64,000 nt of DNA from Candidatus Doudnabacteria bacterium (GTDB lineage: Bacteria > Patescibacteriota > Doudnabacteria > UBA920), in contig CAVYGQ010000001.1 in NCBI GenBank assembly GCA_963768175.1, forward strand, positions 766,305 through 830,304, given 5' to 3'. The position numbers were made by a program, and so were the translations under genes. This document shows, piece after piece, positions 26,958-36,430 of the stretch. The notes under the pieces are model-generated. The model saw only the letters and a program-made list of their open reading frames with translations. It did not search any database and was not told where the DNA came from. The stretch's first letter is position 1. Each line of letters begins with the position of its first letter.

Positions 26958-27873
26958 ATGGCCGCTAAAATCAACAACAACTATTCAACCAAACCGTCGC
27001 CAACTGTCATTGGGCCATCTTTAGTTTACCAGTCCGGGAGTTCTCCCTGGGGACTGGAGGCTTTTTATGAAGGCTACCGATTGGTGTTTTCGGCAGACTT
27101 TGGCCGAGTTCGGAAGACAGCAAAAAAATGGAAAAAATTTTTTAGGTCTTTTGTAACCGCGCCGAATAAAAACCCCGGCAGCATTATTCACAACGTTGAT
27201 TTATATCACCTGTTCAGCAAGAGCGCCGAGCATGCCTGGGACAACTCATATATTTTGGCGCAAAAACGCAAAAGCCGGCTTGGAGTGGAAGATATTTTTT
27301 TGGCCCTGCTGGAGAGAGCCCTCGGTAAAAAACCTCCTGTCCCGCATTAAGGTAGACAGCCTGCAGGCCAAAAGATTTATAAATAATTATTTAAAACTTA
27401 CCCTGTCGCTAAACGATGACACGGTAAAAAAAATTCCTTTTGAGGCGTTCGCTCTGGCGGCAAAACTTCATAACCATAAAGTCGGCAGCCTAATGCTGTT
27501 GGGTGGGCTGCTTAAAGCCACTCCTCATGACAATATTTTGCAGGCGGTTTTTACCAACATCGGCCTAACCGCCGCCAAACTTGAGTTGTTTGCCGTCTGG
27601 CATTTGGACTTAGATTACGAATTTCCGCCCAACTCCACCAGCGGCAAACTGCTGTTTTGCCTAAGACAAGCCACGGGCTTGGAAGAACATTTTGGCTATT
27701 TTTTTGAACTGCCGGCTATTGAGGCCGCGGTGGATTTAAGCCAAGGGCAAACCCTAAAAGATCTACAGCATTTAAAAGCCTTGCAGCTATTGGTAAAGGC
27801 CGGCCTTTTAGCCCAGAACAAAAAGACAAAAATAATTTCTGAAAATTTGGTCAAACAGGCGGCACGAAAATAA
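26958..27873 (+). pseudogene. Clp N-terminal (Clp_N) repeat-domain protein split over two frames by a 1-nt shift in an A6 run (27327-27332). This may be a frameshifted gene, a sequencing error or programmed frameshifting
   Basis: ORF 26958..27350 ends ...GVEDIFLALLERALGKK and ORF 27196..27873 continues NLLSRIKVDSLQAKRF... (Clp_N repeats); deleting one A restores a single frame. Confidence 0.45.
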
Positions 27874-27878
27874 AAAAT

Positions 27879-27974
27879 GACGTCATCCCTTCACTTCGTT
27901 CAGGGCAGGCTCTAAGGAGCGCAGCGACGAAGGATCCCATAAAAAGATTCTTCAGATGCATTCAGAATGACGCC
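27879..27974. mobile_element. MITE-like element copy 3 (96 bp, diverged left terminal inverted repeat)
   Basis: gacgtcatccct ... ttcagaatgacgcc. Confidence 0.65.
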
Positions 27975-27982
27975 AATATAAA

Positions 27983-28016
27983 ATCTCTCTTGGGTTAGCC
28001 AAGAGAGATTTTTTTT
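27983..28016. terminator. bidirectional intrinsic terminator (atctctcttgg-gttag-ccaagagagat plus T8); the FemAB stop codon lies in its loop
   Basis: 11-bp stem plus tttttttt. Confidence 0.65.
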
Positions 28017-29152
28017 GCCATTTTATTTACTGCCCTTAAAAAACGGTAAACCCGGTAACGGGGCTTGTTGATAACAAAATCATAAGCCCCCGCATATTGG
28101 CGCTCCTTTCCACCAAACCCCAATTTAAACCGGACAAAGCCAGGAACTTCTCCCGAAGAAGTTTCTGTTCCCCAAAAATCGTAAGCTTCAAACCCCTGCG
28201 CCTGGGCATCTTTTATTGCTTGCCAGTGCAACAAATATGGTGCCATGACATTTTTGTTATTTTCGGAGGAGCCGCCAAATAAAAACGTCCTTGTTTTGCC
28301 AAAATCCATCATGATGGCTGCCGCTAAAAGTTGATTGCTTAAAATAGCCTTATAAATATGCAATTTCACTTCGCCGGAGTTTCCGATGCCATCCGCCTTC
28401 GCTAAAGCTTCCCCCTCCGCCGAGACTACGGCGGACAAGTCGGCGGATTGCCCGCTATAGTTTTCTTCAGCTAAGGCTGAAGATTTATGATTGAGGGCAA
28501 AAAAATCAACCATTTTTTTATAATAACCAACGGGAAACGTCATAAACTTTTGGCGTCTTGATGTCCCGATTATCAGCTTCAAGGTTTCTTCAAAAAACAG
28601 CCCGTGTCCGACACTAATATCAAATTCGTCTTTAATCACCACCCCGTGCTTTTGTGCCACTTTAATATTGTAGCGGGTTTTAGAGTGCATTTCGGCCAAA
28701 AGCTGCTCTTCTGGTTTTGTAAGGTCAACAAGTAATGTTTTACCGGGCTGGATGTTGTGTGACTTAGTGAGTAGTGGGTAGTGAGTAGTGAGTAATTCTG
28801 CATCTTTTGGTTCAAGACGTATAAATACCGCATCCGGAAACTTCCTTTGCAACTCCTGCAGAAATAATTGAAAATTGAAAATTGAAAATTGAAAATTCTC
28901 GCCTCCGACGAATACCGGCCCATACGGCGCATACAAATAGTAACTGCCAAGAGGCAAAAGCATTTTTATCAGCTGAATTGAAGCCGCCGGTTTCCCATTA
29001 TCATCTAAAATCTGGAGTCTGCAGACTGTTCGCCCTAAATGAATCTGCCACTCTCCCCACCCCCAGCTTTGCAAAAAACTGCCGCTTGCGCACTGGGCAA
29101 CAAAGCGGTTATAGGATTCTTTATCGGCTGATGTCAGTTCAATAAGGCTCAT
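27995..29152 (-). CDS. FemAB-family peptidoglycan interpeptide-bridge aminoacyltransferase; start set at MSLIEL (the track ORF reads through the MITE)
   Basis: FemAB (GNAT-like) fold signatures ...QSWGWGEWQ...YLYAPYGPV...; contains two in-frame tandem-repeat tracts. Confidence 0.65.
   Translation of the reverse strand: MSLIELTSADKESYNRFVAQCASGSFLQSWGWGEWQIHLGRTVCRLQILDDNGKPAASIQLIKMLLPLGSYYLYAPYGPVFVGGENFQFSIFNFQLFLQELQRKFPDAVFIRLEPKDAELLTTHYPLLTKSHNIQPGKTLLVDLTKPEEQLLAEMHSKTRYNIKVAQKHGVVIKDEFDISVGHGLFFEETLKLIIGTSRRQKFMTFPVGYYKKMVDFFALNHKSSALAEENYSGQSADLSAVVSAEGEALAKADGIGNSGEVKLHIYKAILSNQLLAAAIMMDFGKTRTFLFGGSSENNKNVMAPYLLHWQAIKDAQAQGFEAYDFWGTETSSGEVPGFVRFKLGFGGKERQYAGAYDFVINKPRYRVYRFLRAVNKMAKKISLG
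28766..28796. repeat. degenerate TAGTGAG tandem repeat inside the FemAB coding sequence
   Basis: agtgagtagtgggtagtgagtagtgagta. Confidence 0.7.
28865..28896. repeat. ATTGAAA x4.5 tandem repeat inside the FemAB coding sequence (encodes NFQFSIFNFQ)
   Basis: ataattgaaaattgaaaattgaaaattgaaaa. Confidence 0.8.
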
Positions 29153-29168
29153 AAAAATACTGCCATTT

Positions 29169-29254
29169 GGCGTCATCCTGAACGCAGTGAAGGATCTCAA
29201 TCTTATCTTAGATGAGATTCTTCGCCTCGGATGCACTCGGCTCAGAATGACGCC
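29169..29254. mobile_element. MITE-like element copy 4 (86 bp)
   Basis: ggcgtcatcctgaa ... ctcagaatgacgcc. Confidence 0.75.
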
Positions 29255-29272
29255 GGACACACTAGCTCTAAT

Positions 29273-29863
29273 TTATTTCTTCCCGAGAAGTTGCAATGCC
29301 TGCTTTAACTGTTCCCCTTGCGGTTTTGCGCTATCTATTTTATTTACCACTTCCCTGACTTCACGCTGATTATATCCAAGGGCCAGCAGCGCGTCAAAAA
29401 CTTCACTTCCCGCTCCGGCCGTTCCGCCGCCAGGCCCGACCTTGGCTTTTAACTCCACGATAATTTTTTCCGCGGTTTTAAGGCCCACGCCGGAAATTCT
29501 GGTAAACACCCCCGCGTCCTGGTTGGCTATGGCCTGCCTGACCGCCTCAACTTTGGCGGCCGACAGTATTGCCAAGGCCACTTTCGGCCCCACGCCGGAA
29601 ACGGTAATAAGCAGTTCAAAAAACTGCAGGGTAGCAAAATCCGGCAAACCGAACAGGCTCTGCCCGTCATCACTGACTTTATGATAAGTAAACAAGGCCA
29701 CGGTATCGCCAATCTTGCCTTCAAGAGTCTCGGGCGTCACAAAAACCTTATACCCTACGCCGTTATTTTCTCCGCCAGAGGCGGATGCACCTCCGGTGTA
29801 CAAAATAATATAAGTCAGCCCTTTTTCTAAAATTGTGCCTTTTAAATAAGATATCATACCCAT
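29273..29863 (-). CDS. ruvA: Holliday junction branch-migration complex subunit RuvA
   Basis: N-terminal MISYLKGTILEK...; HhH motifs (GVGPKVALAIL / ISGVGLKTAEKI); 196 aa. Confidence 0.85.
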   Translation of the reverse strand: MGMISYLKGTILEKGLTYIILYTGGASASGGENNGVGYKVFVTPETLEGKIGDTVALFTYHKVSDDGQSLFGLPDFATLQFFELLITVSGVGPKVALAILSAAKVEAVRQAIANQDAGVFTRISGVGLKTAEKIIVELKAKVGPGGGTAGAGSEVFDALLALGYNQREVREVVNKIDSAKPQGEQLKQALQLLGKK

Positions 29864-29914
29864 ATTTTATCACATTTTTGACATTTTTGGATAAAAGAAT
29901 TAAATTTAATAAAC

Positions 29915-30441
29915 TCAGGCGGCGCCTGGTGGAAAAACCCAGCCCAGGCGCTTAGCCCACCCCCTCAAACGTGAGCGAGGGGCCAATAAGGGGGGCCCAG
30001 GCCCCCCAATTGGAAAGCAAATTTGCAAAGGAACCCGGCGGCCAAGCGGCGGTTGCCCGCGGGGCACCCGCATCACAATCGGAGCAGGCCCTTGTGGTCA
30101 CGCTTCAATGGATTGCGGTAATACCTACCGCTACCGCCGGGGACAAATTTAAAGAGGAATTGGGCACACAGCCTCGCGCAGAGGTTTTGCGCCCTTGAGA
30201 CACGCCGAATACCTATCAGACCCAGCTGGTATGCAGACGACGCGCCTCCCCAAGAGGGTCACAGCACAACTACTTTTTTTCTGCATTACCGTGGCAAATG
30301 CTCCAGCGACAGAAAGCAGAGATAAGTACTTATGCCGGGAAGAGACTTTTCCCATGACCCCCAGGATATATTTTAGGCCTATTATTGGCCGCCGGATGCT
30401 ACCCCCTCCTTACCCTACCCCAGCATCCGGTTCTTTTTTTT
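29915..30441 (+). ncRNA. candidate structured ncRNA of about 500 nt, about 60% GC against a roughly 43% background, with multiple stable hairpins and an intrinsic terminator; class unresolved (rnpB, ffs and ssrA to be tested)
   Basis: GC-rich hairpins (ccccctcaaacgtgagcgagggg, gggggcccaggcccccc, ggcgcctgg...ccaggcgc); GGAAAG/AGGAACCCGG and GCGGUAA motifs; terminal ccggatgct-loop-agcatccgg plus T8; the track ORFs here are spurious. Confidence 0.35.
30392..30441 (+). terminator. intrinsic terminator closing the GC-rich RNA region
   Basis: 9-bp stem ccggatgct/agcatccgg followed by ttctttttttt. Confidence 0.6.
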
Positions 30442-30566
30442 GTTCGCGTACGGTGTTATGATATAAGTCTGAACAAGCAATAGTGTTCGAGCTTGTCGAG
30501 AACCTATTATTTGTACTAAACTAAAAAATATCTTCTCCACGGGGGTCGAAGAATATTTTTTATTAT

Positions 30567-32660
30567 ATGAACAGATTTGTCTTAAAATCCAAGTTTCGGC
30601 CTGCCGGCGACCAGCCAAAAGCCATAGAAGGCCTGCTTAAATCGCTTAAAGCCAAACGCCGCTACCAAACACTTTTAGGCGTTACCGGGAGCGGCAAGAC
30701 TTTTACCATGGCCAATATTATAGAGAAGATCCAGAAACCCACCTTAATTATTAGCCACAATAAAACTTTGGCCGCCCAACTTGCCGCGGAATTTGAGGAA
30801 TTTTTCCCCGAAAATGCCGTACACTATTTTGTTTCCTATTATGACTACTACCAGCCCGAAGCCTATATCCCCCGCTCCGACACTTACATAGAAAAAGACA
30901 CCCAAATAAACGAAGAAATAGACCGCCTTAGGAATGCGGCCACGCAGTCGCTGCTGTCGCGCAAAGACGTCTTAATTGTGGCCAGTGTCTCCTGCATTTA
31001 CGGCCTGGGCAACCCGGCCAACTATTTGGAGCTGTCCTTAAACGTCAAAAAGGGCCAAAGCTTAAAGCGCGACAAGTTGCTAAGGCGGCTAACGGATTTG
31101 CAATATCACAGAAATGATATTGATTTACAAAGAGCCACGTACCGCGTGCAGGGCGACGTGGTGGAAATTATTTTGTCTTCCGAAGACACGGTTATCCGCA
31201 TGGATTTCTTTGGCGATGTTTTGGAAAACATTGAACGGCGGGATGTGGTCACCGGCCACAAAATTGAAAATCTTGATGAATTTACCATTTTCCCGGCCAA
31301 GCATTTTGTCACGCCGGAAGAAAAGCTAAAAGAAGCCGCGGAAAATATCCGCCTGGAGCTTACCGGCAGGGTAGCGGAGCTTAAAGCCCAGGGAAAAATT
31401 TTGGAAGCCGCCAGGCTGGAGCAAAGGACAAATTTTGATTTGGAAATGCTGACCAACACGGGCTTCGTGGCCGGCATAGAAAATTATTCCCGAGTGCTGG
31501 AAGGCCGCGAGCCGGGCAGCCCGCCATCCACTCTGATTGATTATTTTCCCGACGATTTTTTGCTGTTTTTGGACGAATCGCACCAAAGTGTGCCGCAAAT
31601 CGGCGCTATGTATGAAGGCGACAAATCCCGCAAAACCACTTTGGTAGACTACGGCTTCCGCCTGCCCAGCGCCTTGGACAACCGCCCGCTGAAATTTGAC
31701 GAATTTGAAAAAAAAATCAATCAGGTAATTTTTGTGTCCGCCACGCCGGCGGAGTTTGAAATTGAAAGAAGCCTAACGCAAAAAGACACGAAATTTATAA
31801 CTAAGTCCAGACGCACCGAAACCGAGCAAAGCATAATAGACGCCAGGCCGAAATTAAAACAAATGGACCCGCCGTCCATTGTGGAGCAAATTATCCGCCC
31901 CACCGGGCTGATTGATCCCACCATTGAAATCAAGCCCATAAAAAACCAAGTGGATGACTTAATAGAGCGCATAAAACAGCGCGCTAACAAGCACCACCGT
32001 GTGTTGGTAGCCACGCTGACTAAGCGCATGGCCGAAGAGTTGGCCGAATATTTAAAAGAAGAAGGCATAAAAGTGCAGTATCTGCACTCGGACGTGGATA
32101 CTTTTGAACGTTTGGAAATTTTGCGCGATTTGCGTTTGGGGGTTTACGATGTTTTGGTAGGCATCAACCTTTTGCGCGAAGGCCTGGACTTGCCCGAAGT
32201 CAGCCTGGTGGCAATACTGGATGCCGACAAAGAAGGCTTTTTGCGCAGTGAGACATTTTTTATGCAAATGATGGGCCGGGCCGCCCGCCACATGGAAGGA
32301 CACGTGGTAATGTATGCCGACAGGATTACAGGCAGCATGAAACGGGCCATAGACGAAACCACCCGCCGTCGCGCCCTGCAGGAATCCTATAACAAAAAAC
32401 ACGGGATTACGCCCAAGTCCATCCAAAAAGCCATTGCCGATACCCGTTTGGCCGGCAGTAAGAAAGAAATTGAAGACGAAGAGGAACGCAAAATTGACCC
32501 CGCCAAAATGACTAGAGAAGAAATTAAGTTTTACGTTTCCGAACTGCAGGAACAAATGAACCTCGCCGCCCAGAACTTGGAATTCGAGTTGGCCGCCCGC
32601 CTCCGCGACCGCATTGCTGAAATAAAAAAGCTGAGCAAATTGAGAGGCAAAAAAATATAG
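30567..32660 (+). CDS. uvrB: excinuclease ABC subunit B
   Basis: Walker [16 protein letters not shown]; [10 protein letters not shown] beta-hairpin region; helicase motifs; C-terminal UVR domain. Confidence 0.95.
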   Translation: MNRFVLKSKFRPAGDQPKAIEGLLKSLKAKRRYQTLLGVTGSGKTFTMANIIEKIQKPTLIISHNKTLAAQLAAEFEEFFPENAVHYFVSYYDYYQPEAYIPRSDTYIEKDTQINEEIDRLRNAATQSLLSRKDVLIVASVSCIYGLGNPANYLELSLNVKKGQSLKRDKLLRRLTDLQYHRNDIDLQRATYRVQGDVVEIILSSEDTVIRMDFFGDVLENIERRDVVTGHKIENLDEFTIFPAKHFVTPEEKLKEAAENIRLELTGRVAELKAQGKILEAARLEQRTNFDLEMLTNTGFVAGIENYSRVLEGREPGSPPSTLIDYFPDDFLLFLDESHQSVPQIGAMYEGDKSRKTTLVDYGFRLPSALDNRPLKFDEFEKKINQVIFVSATPAEFEIERSLTQKDTKFITKSRRTETEQSIIDARPKLKQMDPPSIVEQIIRPTGLIDPTIEIKPIKNQVDDLIERIKQRANKHHRVLVATLTKRMAEELAEYLKEEGIKVQYLHSDVDTFERLEILRDLRLGVYDVLVGINLLREGLDLPEVSLVAILDADKEGFLRSETFFMQMMGRAARHMEGHVVMYADRITGSMKRAIDETTRRRALQESYNKKHGITPKSIQKAIADTRLAGSKKEIEDEEERKIDPAKMTREEIKFYVSELQEQMNLAAQNLEFELAARLRDRIAEIKKLSKLRGKKI

Positions 32661-32836
32661 TTACCCTCTTGCTTTTTTTGACCGTTTTTGCTAAACTCTA
32701 TCTAATGTCGCAGTATAGCAGTTTAATAATTTAGCTCCGAGGCCGTGTAATTCACTTACCGGCCGAGGAATCTATAAAGGGAAAGGATAAGCCTTGAAAA
32801 GGAAAACCGTCAAGGTTGTCCTTTTCAAAATATTTT

Positions 32837-33100
32837 ATGCCCAACACTAAATCGGCCGCCAAGGCCATGAGACAGGCCATTGTGCGCAGAGCCAGAAATA
32901 TAAAAGCCAAGGACAAATTCAAGGACGCGGTCAAGGAAGTCAGAAAACTGATTGCCGCCGGAAAAAAGTCCGATGCCGTAAAAGCCATGCAAGCCGCCTT
33001 TGCCGCTCTGGACAAAGCCGCCAAAACGCACGTCATCCACAAAAACACGGCTTCCCGCAAAAAATCCCGTTTGGCCAAAGCCATCGCAAAGATAAAATAA
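32837..33100 (+). CDS. rpsT: 30S ribosomal protein S20
   Basis: MPNTKSAAKAMRQAIVRRARN... aligns with the S20 N-terminus; 87 aa, Lys/Ala-rich. Confidence 0.85.
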   Translation: MPNTKSAAKAMRQAIVRRARNIKAKDKFKDAVKEVRKLIAAGKKSDAVKAMQAAFAALDKAAKTHVIHKNTASRKKSRLAKAIAKIK

Positions 33101-33104
33101 TACC

Positions 33105-33143
33105 AAAAATCCGCCATCAGAAAGGTGGCGGATTTTTACTTTG
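33105..33143. terminator. bidirectional intrinsic terminator (aaaaatccgcca/tggcggattttt)
   Basis: 12-bp stem plus U-tract after rpsT. Confidence 0.7.
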
Positions 33144-33161
33144 GCAGCTCGCAAACTTTTA

Positions 33162-33389
33162 CTATATTTTTTCCTTAATCACTTCCATCGCCTGGCAAAA
33201 CTCCGTTAAATGATCGGGAAAAACCGTAATGTGGTTTCTCACCGGGATTCCTTTGTCTAAACGTGTTTCCGAAACTAGCAAATACTTTCCGCCCTTTTCC
33301 CCCCTTGCCTGCTTCACATCAAAGAAGTAAGTCTTACCGCCAGCTTTCATGCTTTGAGTATATATAGGTTTTTGAAATTCTTCTGACAT
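33162..33389 (-). CDS. PUR-alpha-like ssDNA/RNA-binding protein (DUF3276 family)
   Basis: GGKTYFFDVKQARGEKGGKYLLVSETR matches the DUF3276 YFFDVK...YL.I.E core. Confidence 0.55.
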   Translation of the reverse strand: MSEEFQKPIYTQSMKAGGKTYFFDVKQARGEKGGKYLLVSETRLDKGIPVRNHITVFPDHLTEFCQAMEVIKEKI

Positions 33390-33462
33390 ATTTTTTATTT
33401 CTAACTTAATTGTGCGACCTTTGATTAATAACTCCCGCAGCTGTTCGGGAATGATTAGAAAA

Positions 33463-34518
33463 TTATTTCCTATTGATCAAGTTTACTATTAGCTTTACCA
33501 TGACATTTTTCTGTACCGATTTGCTTTCGGCTATCAATAAAGCCAGGGCTACTAAAGCGGTATCGTTGACTTTGCGTTCGCCCTTTTTGTTGTTGAGACA
33601 ATTATTTTCTATCAAGAACAGCAAAAACAGCAAACAGCCAATGCGCTTGTTGCCGTCCACAAACGGATGGTCCTTAATGGCAAAATATAAAAGGTGCGCA
33701 GCCTTTTCTTCCAAGCTCTGATACAACTCTTTGCCGGCGTAAGTTTGGTAAATGCTCCCCAAAACGGCTTCCAGCTTGCCCCCTACTTCCTGGCCGAACA
33801 GGGAGCTGACTTCTTTTTTGACGGCAAGGCGCTGTTTGAACCGCGCGATGGTTTTTTGGATTTCCCCGTGGTCCAGCGGCCGCGCGGTTTTTTTGCTGAC
33901 ATCGGTTATCCCTAATTTACCTTCGTCGTATTCATGAAGCACCGTCCACGTGTTGGCGTAGTCTACAATAATGTTCAAAAATTCCTTTTCATACCCTTCC
34001 GCGCGCCGCGCTTCTATCACGTTTTGGAACAACTTTACCGTCTGCTGGAGTTCCTTAAGCTGGCTGTTATGTTCCTGCTTTAACTGGTCCAGCCGGTTTT
34101 TATTGACCGCGTAACCCTGGAGCAAATAATCGCGCAACCTTTGCGTTGCCCAAATGCGGAATTGCGTGCCGCGTTTGGAATTAACCCGATATCCAACCGA
34201 AATAATCATATCTAAATTATAATAAGTTGTTGGCTTATCTAAGCCAATTCCAGTAAAACTGGAATTGGCTTGTTTAAGAGAAGTTTCGGCCTGATTAAGT
34301 TCATTTTCTCTATAAATATTATTGATGTGCAAAGAAATAGTTCTGAAGTCTTTCTTAAACAATTCTGACATTTGAGCTTGTGTAAGCCAAACAGTTTGTC
34401 CTTCCATTCTTACCCTTAATTCCGGCCCTTCCGGGGCTTTATAAATAATAATTTCACCTTTTCTTGTTTCTTCTGACATAAAACTCCTTTTGTTCAAGCC
34501 AATATGTACTTTCTGCAT
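33463..34518 (-). CDS. Fic/Doc-family protein (RhuM-like N-terminal domain plus Fic domain) with the variant motif HPFVDGNKRIG
   Basis: Fic motif HPFx(D/E)GN(G/K)R at DHPFVDGNKRIGCLL. Confidence 0.7.
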   Translation of the reverse strand: MQKVHIGLNKRSFMSEETRKGEIIIYKAPEGPELRVRMEGQTVWLTQAQMSELFKKDFRTISLHINNIYRENELNQAETSLKQANSSFTGIGLDKPTTYYNLDMIISVGYRVNSKRGTQFRIWATQRLRDYLLQGYAVNKNRLDQLKQEHNSQLKELQQTVKLFQNVIEARRAEGYEKEFLNIIVDYANTWTVLHEYDEGKLGITDVSKKTARPLDHGEIQKTIARFKQRLAVKKEVSSLFGQEVGGKLEAVLGSIYQTYAGKELYQSLEEKAAHLLYFAIKDHPFVDGNKRIGCLLFLLFLIENNCLNNKKGERKVNDTALVALALLIAESKSVQKNVMVKLIVNLINRK

Positions 34519-34626
34519 ATTGGCTTATTTATAAGTATTTTCAGTTATCCGGAAATTCCGGATAGTTCAACTGTTGCATTTTTTGCAACAATTTAAATCT
34601 TTAATCCTAAATCTGGTATCTATTAT

Positions 34627-34666
34627 GGTATACTATCGTTCACCCCACGTCAACACCTTTAAAAAT
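34627..34666 (-). promoter_or_regulatory. second copy of the TTGAC(G)-ggtgaacgatag-TATAC(C) promoter module, about 110 nt upstream of the Fic gene
   Basis: Reverse complement reads ttgacgtggggtgaacgatagtatacc. Confidence 0.45.
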
Positions 34667-34738
34667 AAGGTTAAGATAAAATTTTACCATAGTTATCCAC
34701 ACTGCTTCGCCAAGGCTACGCAGTGCAAGCACGCACAG

Positions 34739-35473
34739 TTAAATATCAAAATTTTTAAGCTTTTCTTTCCGCTCCACAACTTCCGCTTCCGTAATATCAC
34801 TCGACTTAATTTTGCAATGTTCAAAAATTTGCCGTTCTATTTGCCGCAATGAGTTTTCAAAATTATCACGCTCTTGAGTATCATTTTTATGATGCTCATA
34901 CCTCTTCCTTAAATCCGCAAATCTTTCTTCCAAACTTATTATCCCCTTGGGACCCACGCGATCATCCGCGTACTGGCAAATTTTTTTGCCAAAATCCGGG
35001 CTTTGTGCATTATCCGGCCCTTGATCAAAGCCCACGCAATCCACTAATTCTCTAATCCTCTGATTTACTCCCAGTTCTGCCACTATTTTTACCGTCGCGT
35101 TATGGCTGCCCGTGCCGTATTTTTTGATAAACTCCTGCTTTACATTTTCCCAAAAAATTTGATCTTCTGGTGGCTTTGCAAAAACTGCCGGATACAACTC
35201 TGCGGTTTGGTTTAAATCAAACTTAACAATATTTCCCATGTCATGCAGCAGGCAAGCGGCCACGATATCATCACGGTTAATCCGTATTATTCCCTCCCCC
35301 TTGCGGGGAGGGTTAGGGAGGGGGGTAAAATGCTCACAAATCATCTCCGCCACCGCCGCCACAGTCAGCTGGTGCTCCATTAGCTGCGGCATAATTTGGT
35401 ATTTTTTGTAGATTTCTAAAATGTTCACCCTGTTAGAAATTAATGTTAAATTTAATGCGATTCGCAAATTCAA
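34739..35473 (-). CDS. HD-domain phosphohydrolase with an in-frame palindromic-element insertion (NPPRKGEGIIRI)
   Basis: H...LLHDMGN metal-binding motif; element at 35291..35326. Confidence 0.6.
   Translation of the reverse strand: MNLRIALNLTLISNRVNILEIYKKYQIMPQLMEHQLTVAAVAEMICEHFTPLPNPPRKGEGIIRINRDDIVAACLLHDMGNIVKFDLNQTAELYPAVFAKPPEDQIFWENVKQEFIKKYGTGSHNATVKIVAELGVNQRIRELVDCVGFDQGPDNAQSPDFGKKICQYADDRVGPKGIISLEERFADLRKRYEHHKNDTQERDNFENSLRQIERQIFEHCKIKSSDITEAEVVERKEKLKNFDI
35291..35326. repeat. C/G-rich palindromic element (hairpin ccctcccc-cttgc-ggggaggg plus a terminal-inverted-repeat-like ttagggagggggg) in-frame in the HD gene
   Basis: Same family as 23448..23536. Confidence 0.7.
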
Positions 35474-35521
35474 ACACCTTTAATATTTATGCCCAAAAAA
35501 ATTTTCCATTCCTAACGGGAT

Positions 35522-36400
35522 TTATATCAATTTTATTCCCGCATAAACTATCAAGGCGGCGCCTAGAAACCTTACCACGTAAACTTTAACAGGATGATGT
35601 TCCAAAAGTTTGGGGGCAAACACGGAAAACACCAAAGCAATAACGCTGGAAATGGGGATGGAAATTATTGCCGCGGTAATGCTGACATTATAAGTATAGG
35701 CTTTGTTTGCCGCCAAGGTGGCGATTAAATCCAAAACCGCTATTAACAATAAAAGCGCCCAATCCCTGGCCAACAGATTTTTTATCTCCTTGAAAAAAAG
35801 AGGCAGGGTCAGGCAAAAAAGCAACTGGCCGATTATAAACATCCACAAGGTCGCAGGCCAAAAACCGATTTCCACGATGGACTTTTTTATAAAAACCGCC
35901 ATCAGCGCCAGCGCCAGCATATCCAGCATGGCAAAAAACCCGCCCCAGGTAAAAATGGAGCGCCACGACATTCTTTCATCCAGCGTTACCAAAATCCCTC
36001 CAAAAAACATAAAAGCTATCAATATAAATTGCAAAACGCTCAACCGTTCCGCTAAAAACAAAGCCGCCAAAATTATGGCAAACGCGGTCCGGATATTGTA
36101 TAAAGGCGAGAGTGATGAAACATCCATCCTATAAAGGGCCAAAACATATAAAATGCTGGCCAAACCCCAGAAAATTCCTGCCCAGAATACGTTTAAAAAA
36201 TGTGCGGGCAGTCCGGCTGCGTGGTAATAAATGCCAAAGGGGATAGTTAACAGCAAAGTAAAACCCATCAGGAAAAAATTTAAAAGCCAGGGGTTTTTTA
36301 TCCCATGCTTGCTCATAAATTTCGTGGTTACCACCTCCAGCGCGTAAACAATGGAGGCAAACCAAGCAAAAGTCTGAAAATTTATATGGCTGAATAACAT
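35522..36400 (-). CDS. polytopic membrane protein, EamA/DMT-type transporter-like (10 TM)
   Basis: About 10 hydrophobic helices in two 5-TM halves. Confidence 0.45.
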   Translation of the reverse strand: MLFSHINFQTFAWFASIVYALEVVTTKFMSKHGIKNPWLLNFFLMGFTLLLTIPFGIYYHAAGLPAHFLNVFWAGIFWGLASILYVLALYRMDVSSLSPLYNIRTAFAIILAALFLAERLSVLQFILIAFMFFGGILVTLDERMSWRSIFTWGGFFAMLDMLALALMAVFIKKSIVEIGFWPATLWMFIIGQLLFCLTLPLFFKEIKNLLARDWALLLLIAVLDLIATLAANKAYTYNVSITAAIISIPISSVIALVFSVFAPKLLEHHPVKVYVVRFLGAALIVYAGIKLI

Positions 36401-36430
36401 AACCTAATCATACCAAAAAACCAGCTCCAA

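Noticed and set aside
29915-30441. Specific call of tmRNA or RNase P RNA for the GC-rich RNA candidate
   Set aside because: I could not find the tmRNA tRNA-like 3' end (GGUUCGA...CCACCA) or a complete RNase P P4/CR-I and CR-V consensus by eye. It is kept only as an unclassified ncRNA candidate.
29971-30461. Several 68-88-aa ORFs in the GC-rich ruvA-uvrB intergenic region
   Set aside because: The region behaves like a structured RNA, with hairpins and a terminator. The ORFs are products of the GC-rich composition, and they lack start context and conservation signals.
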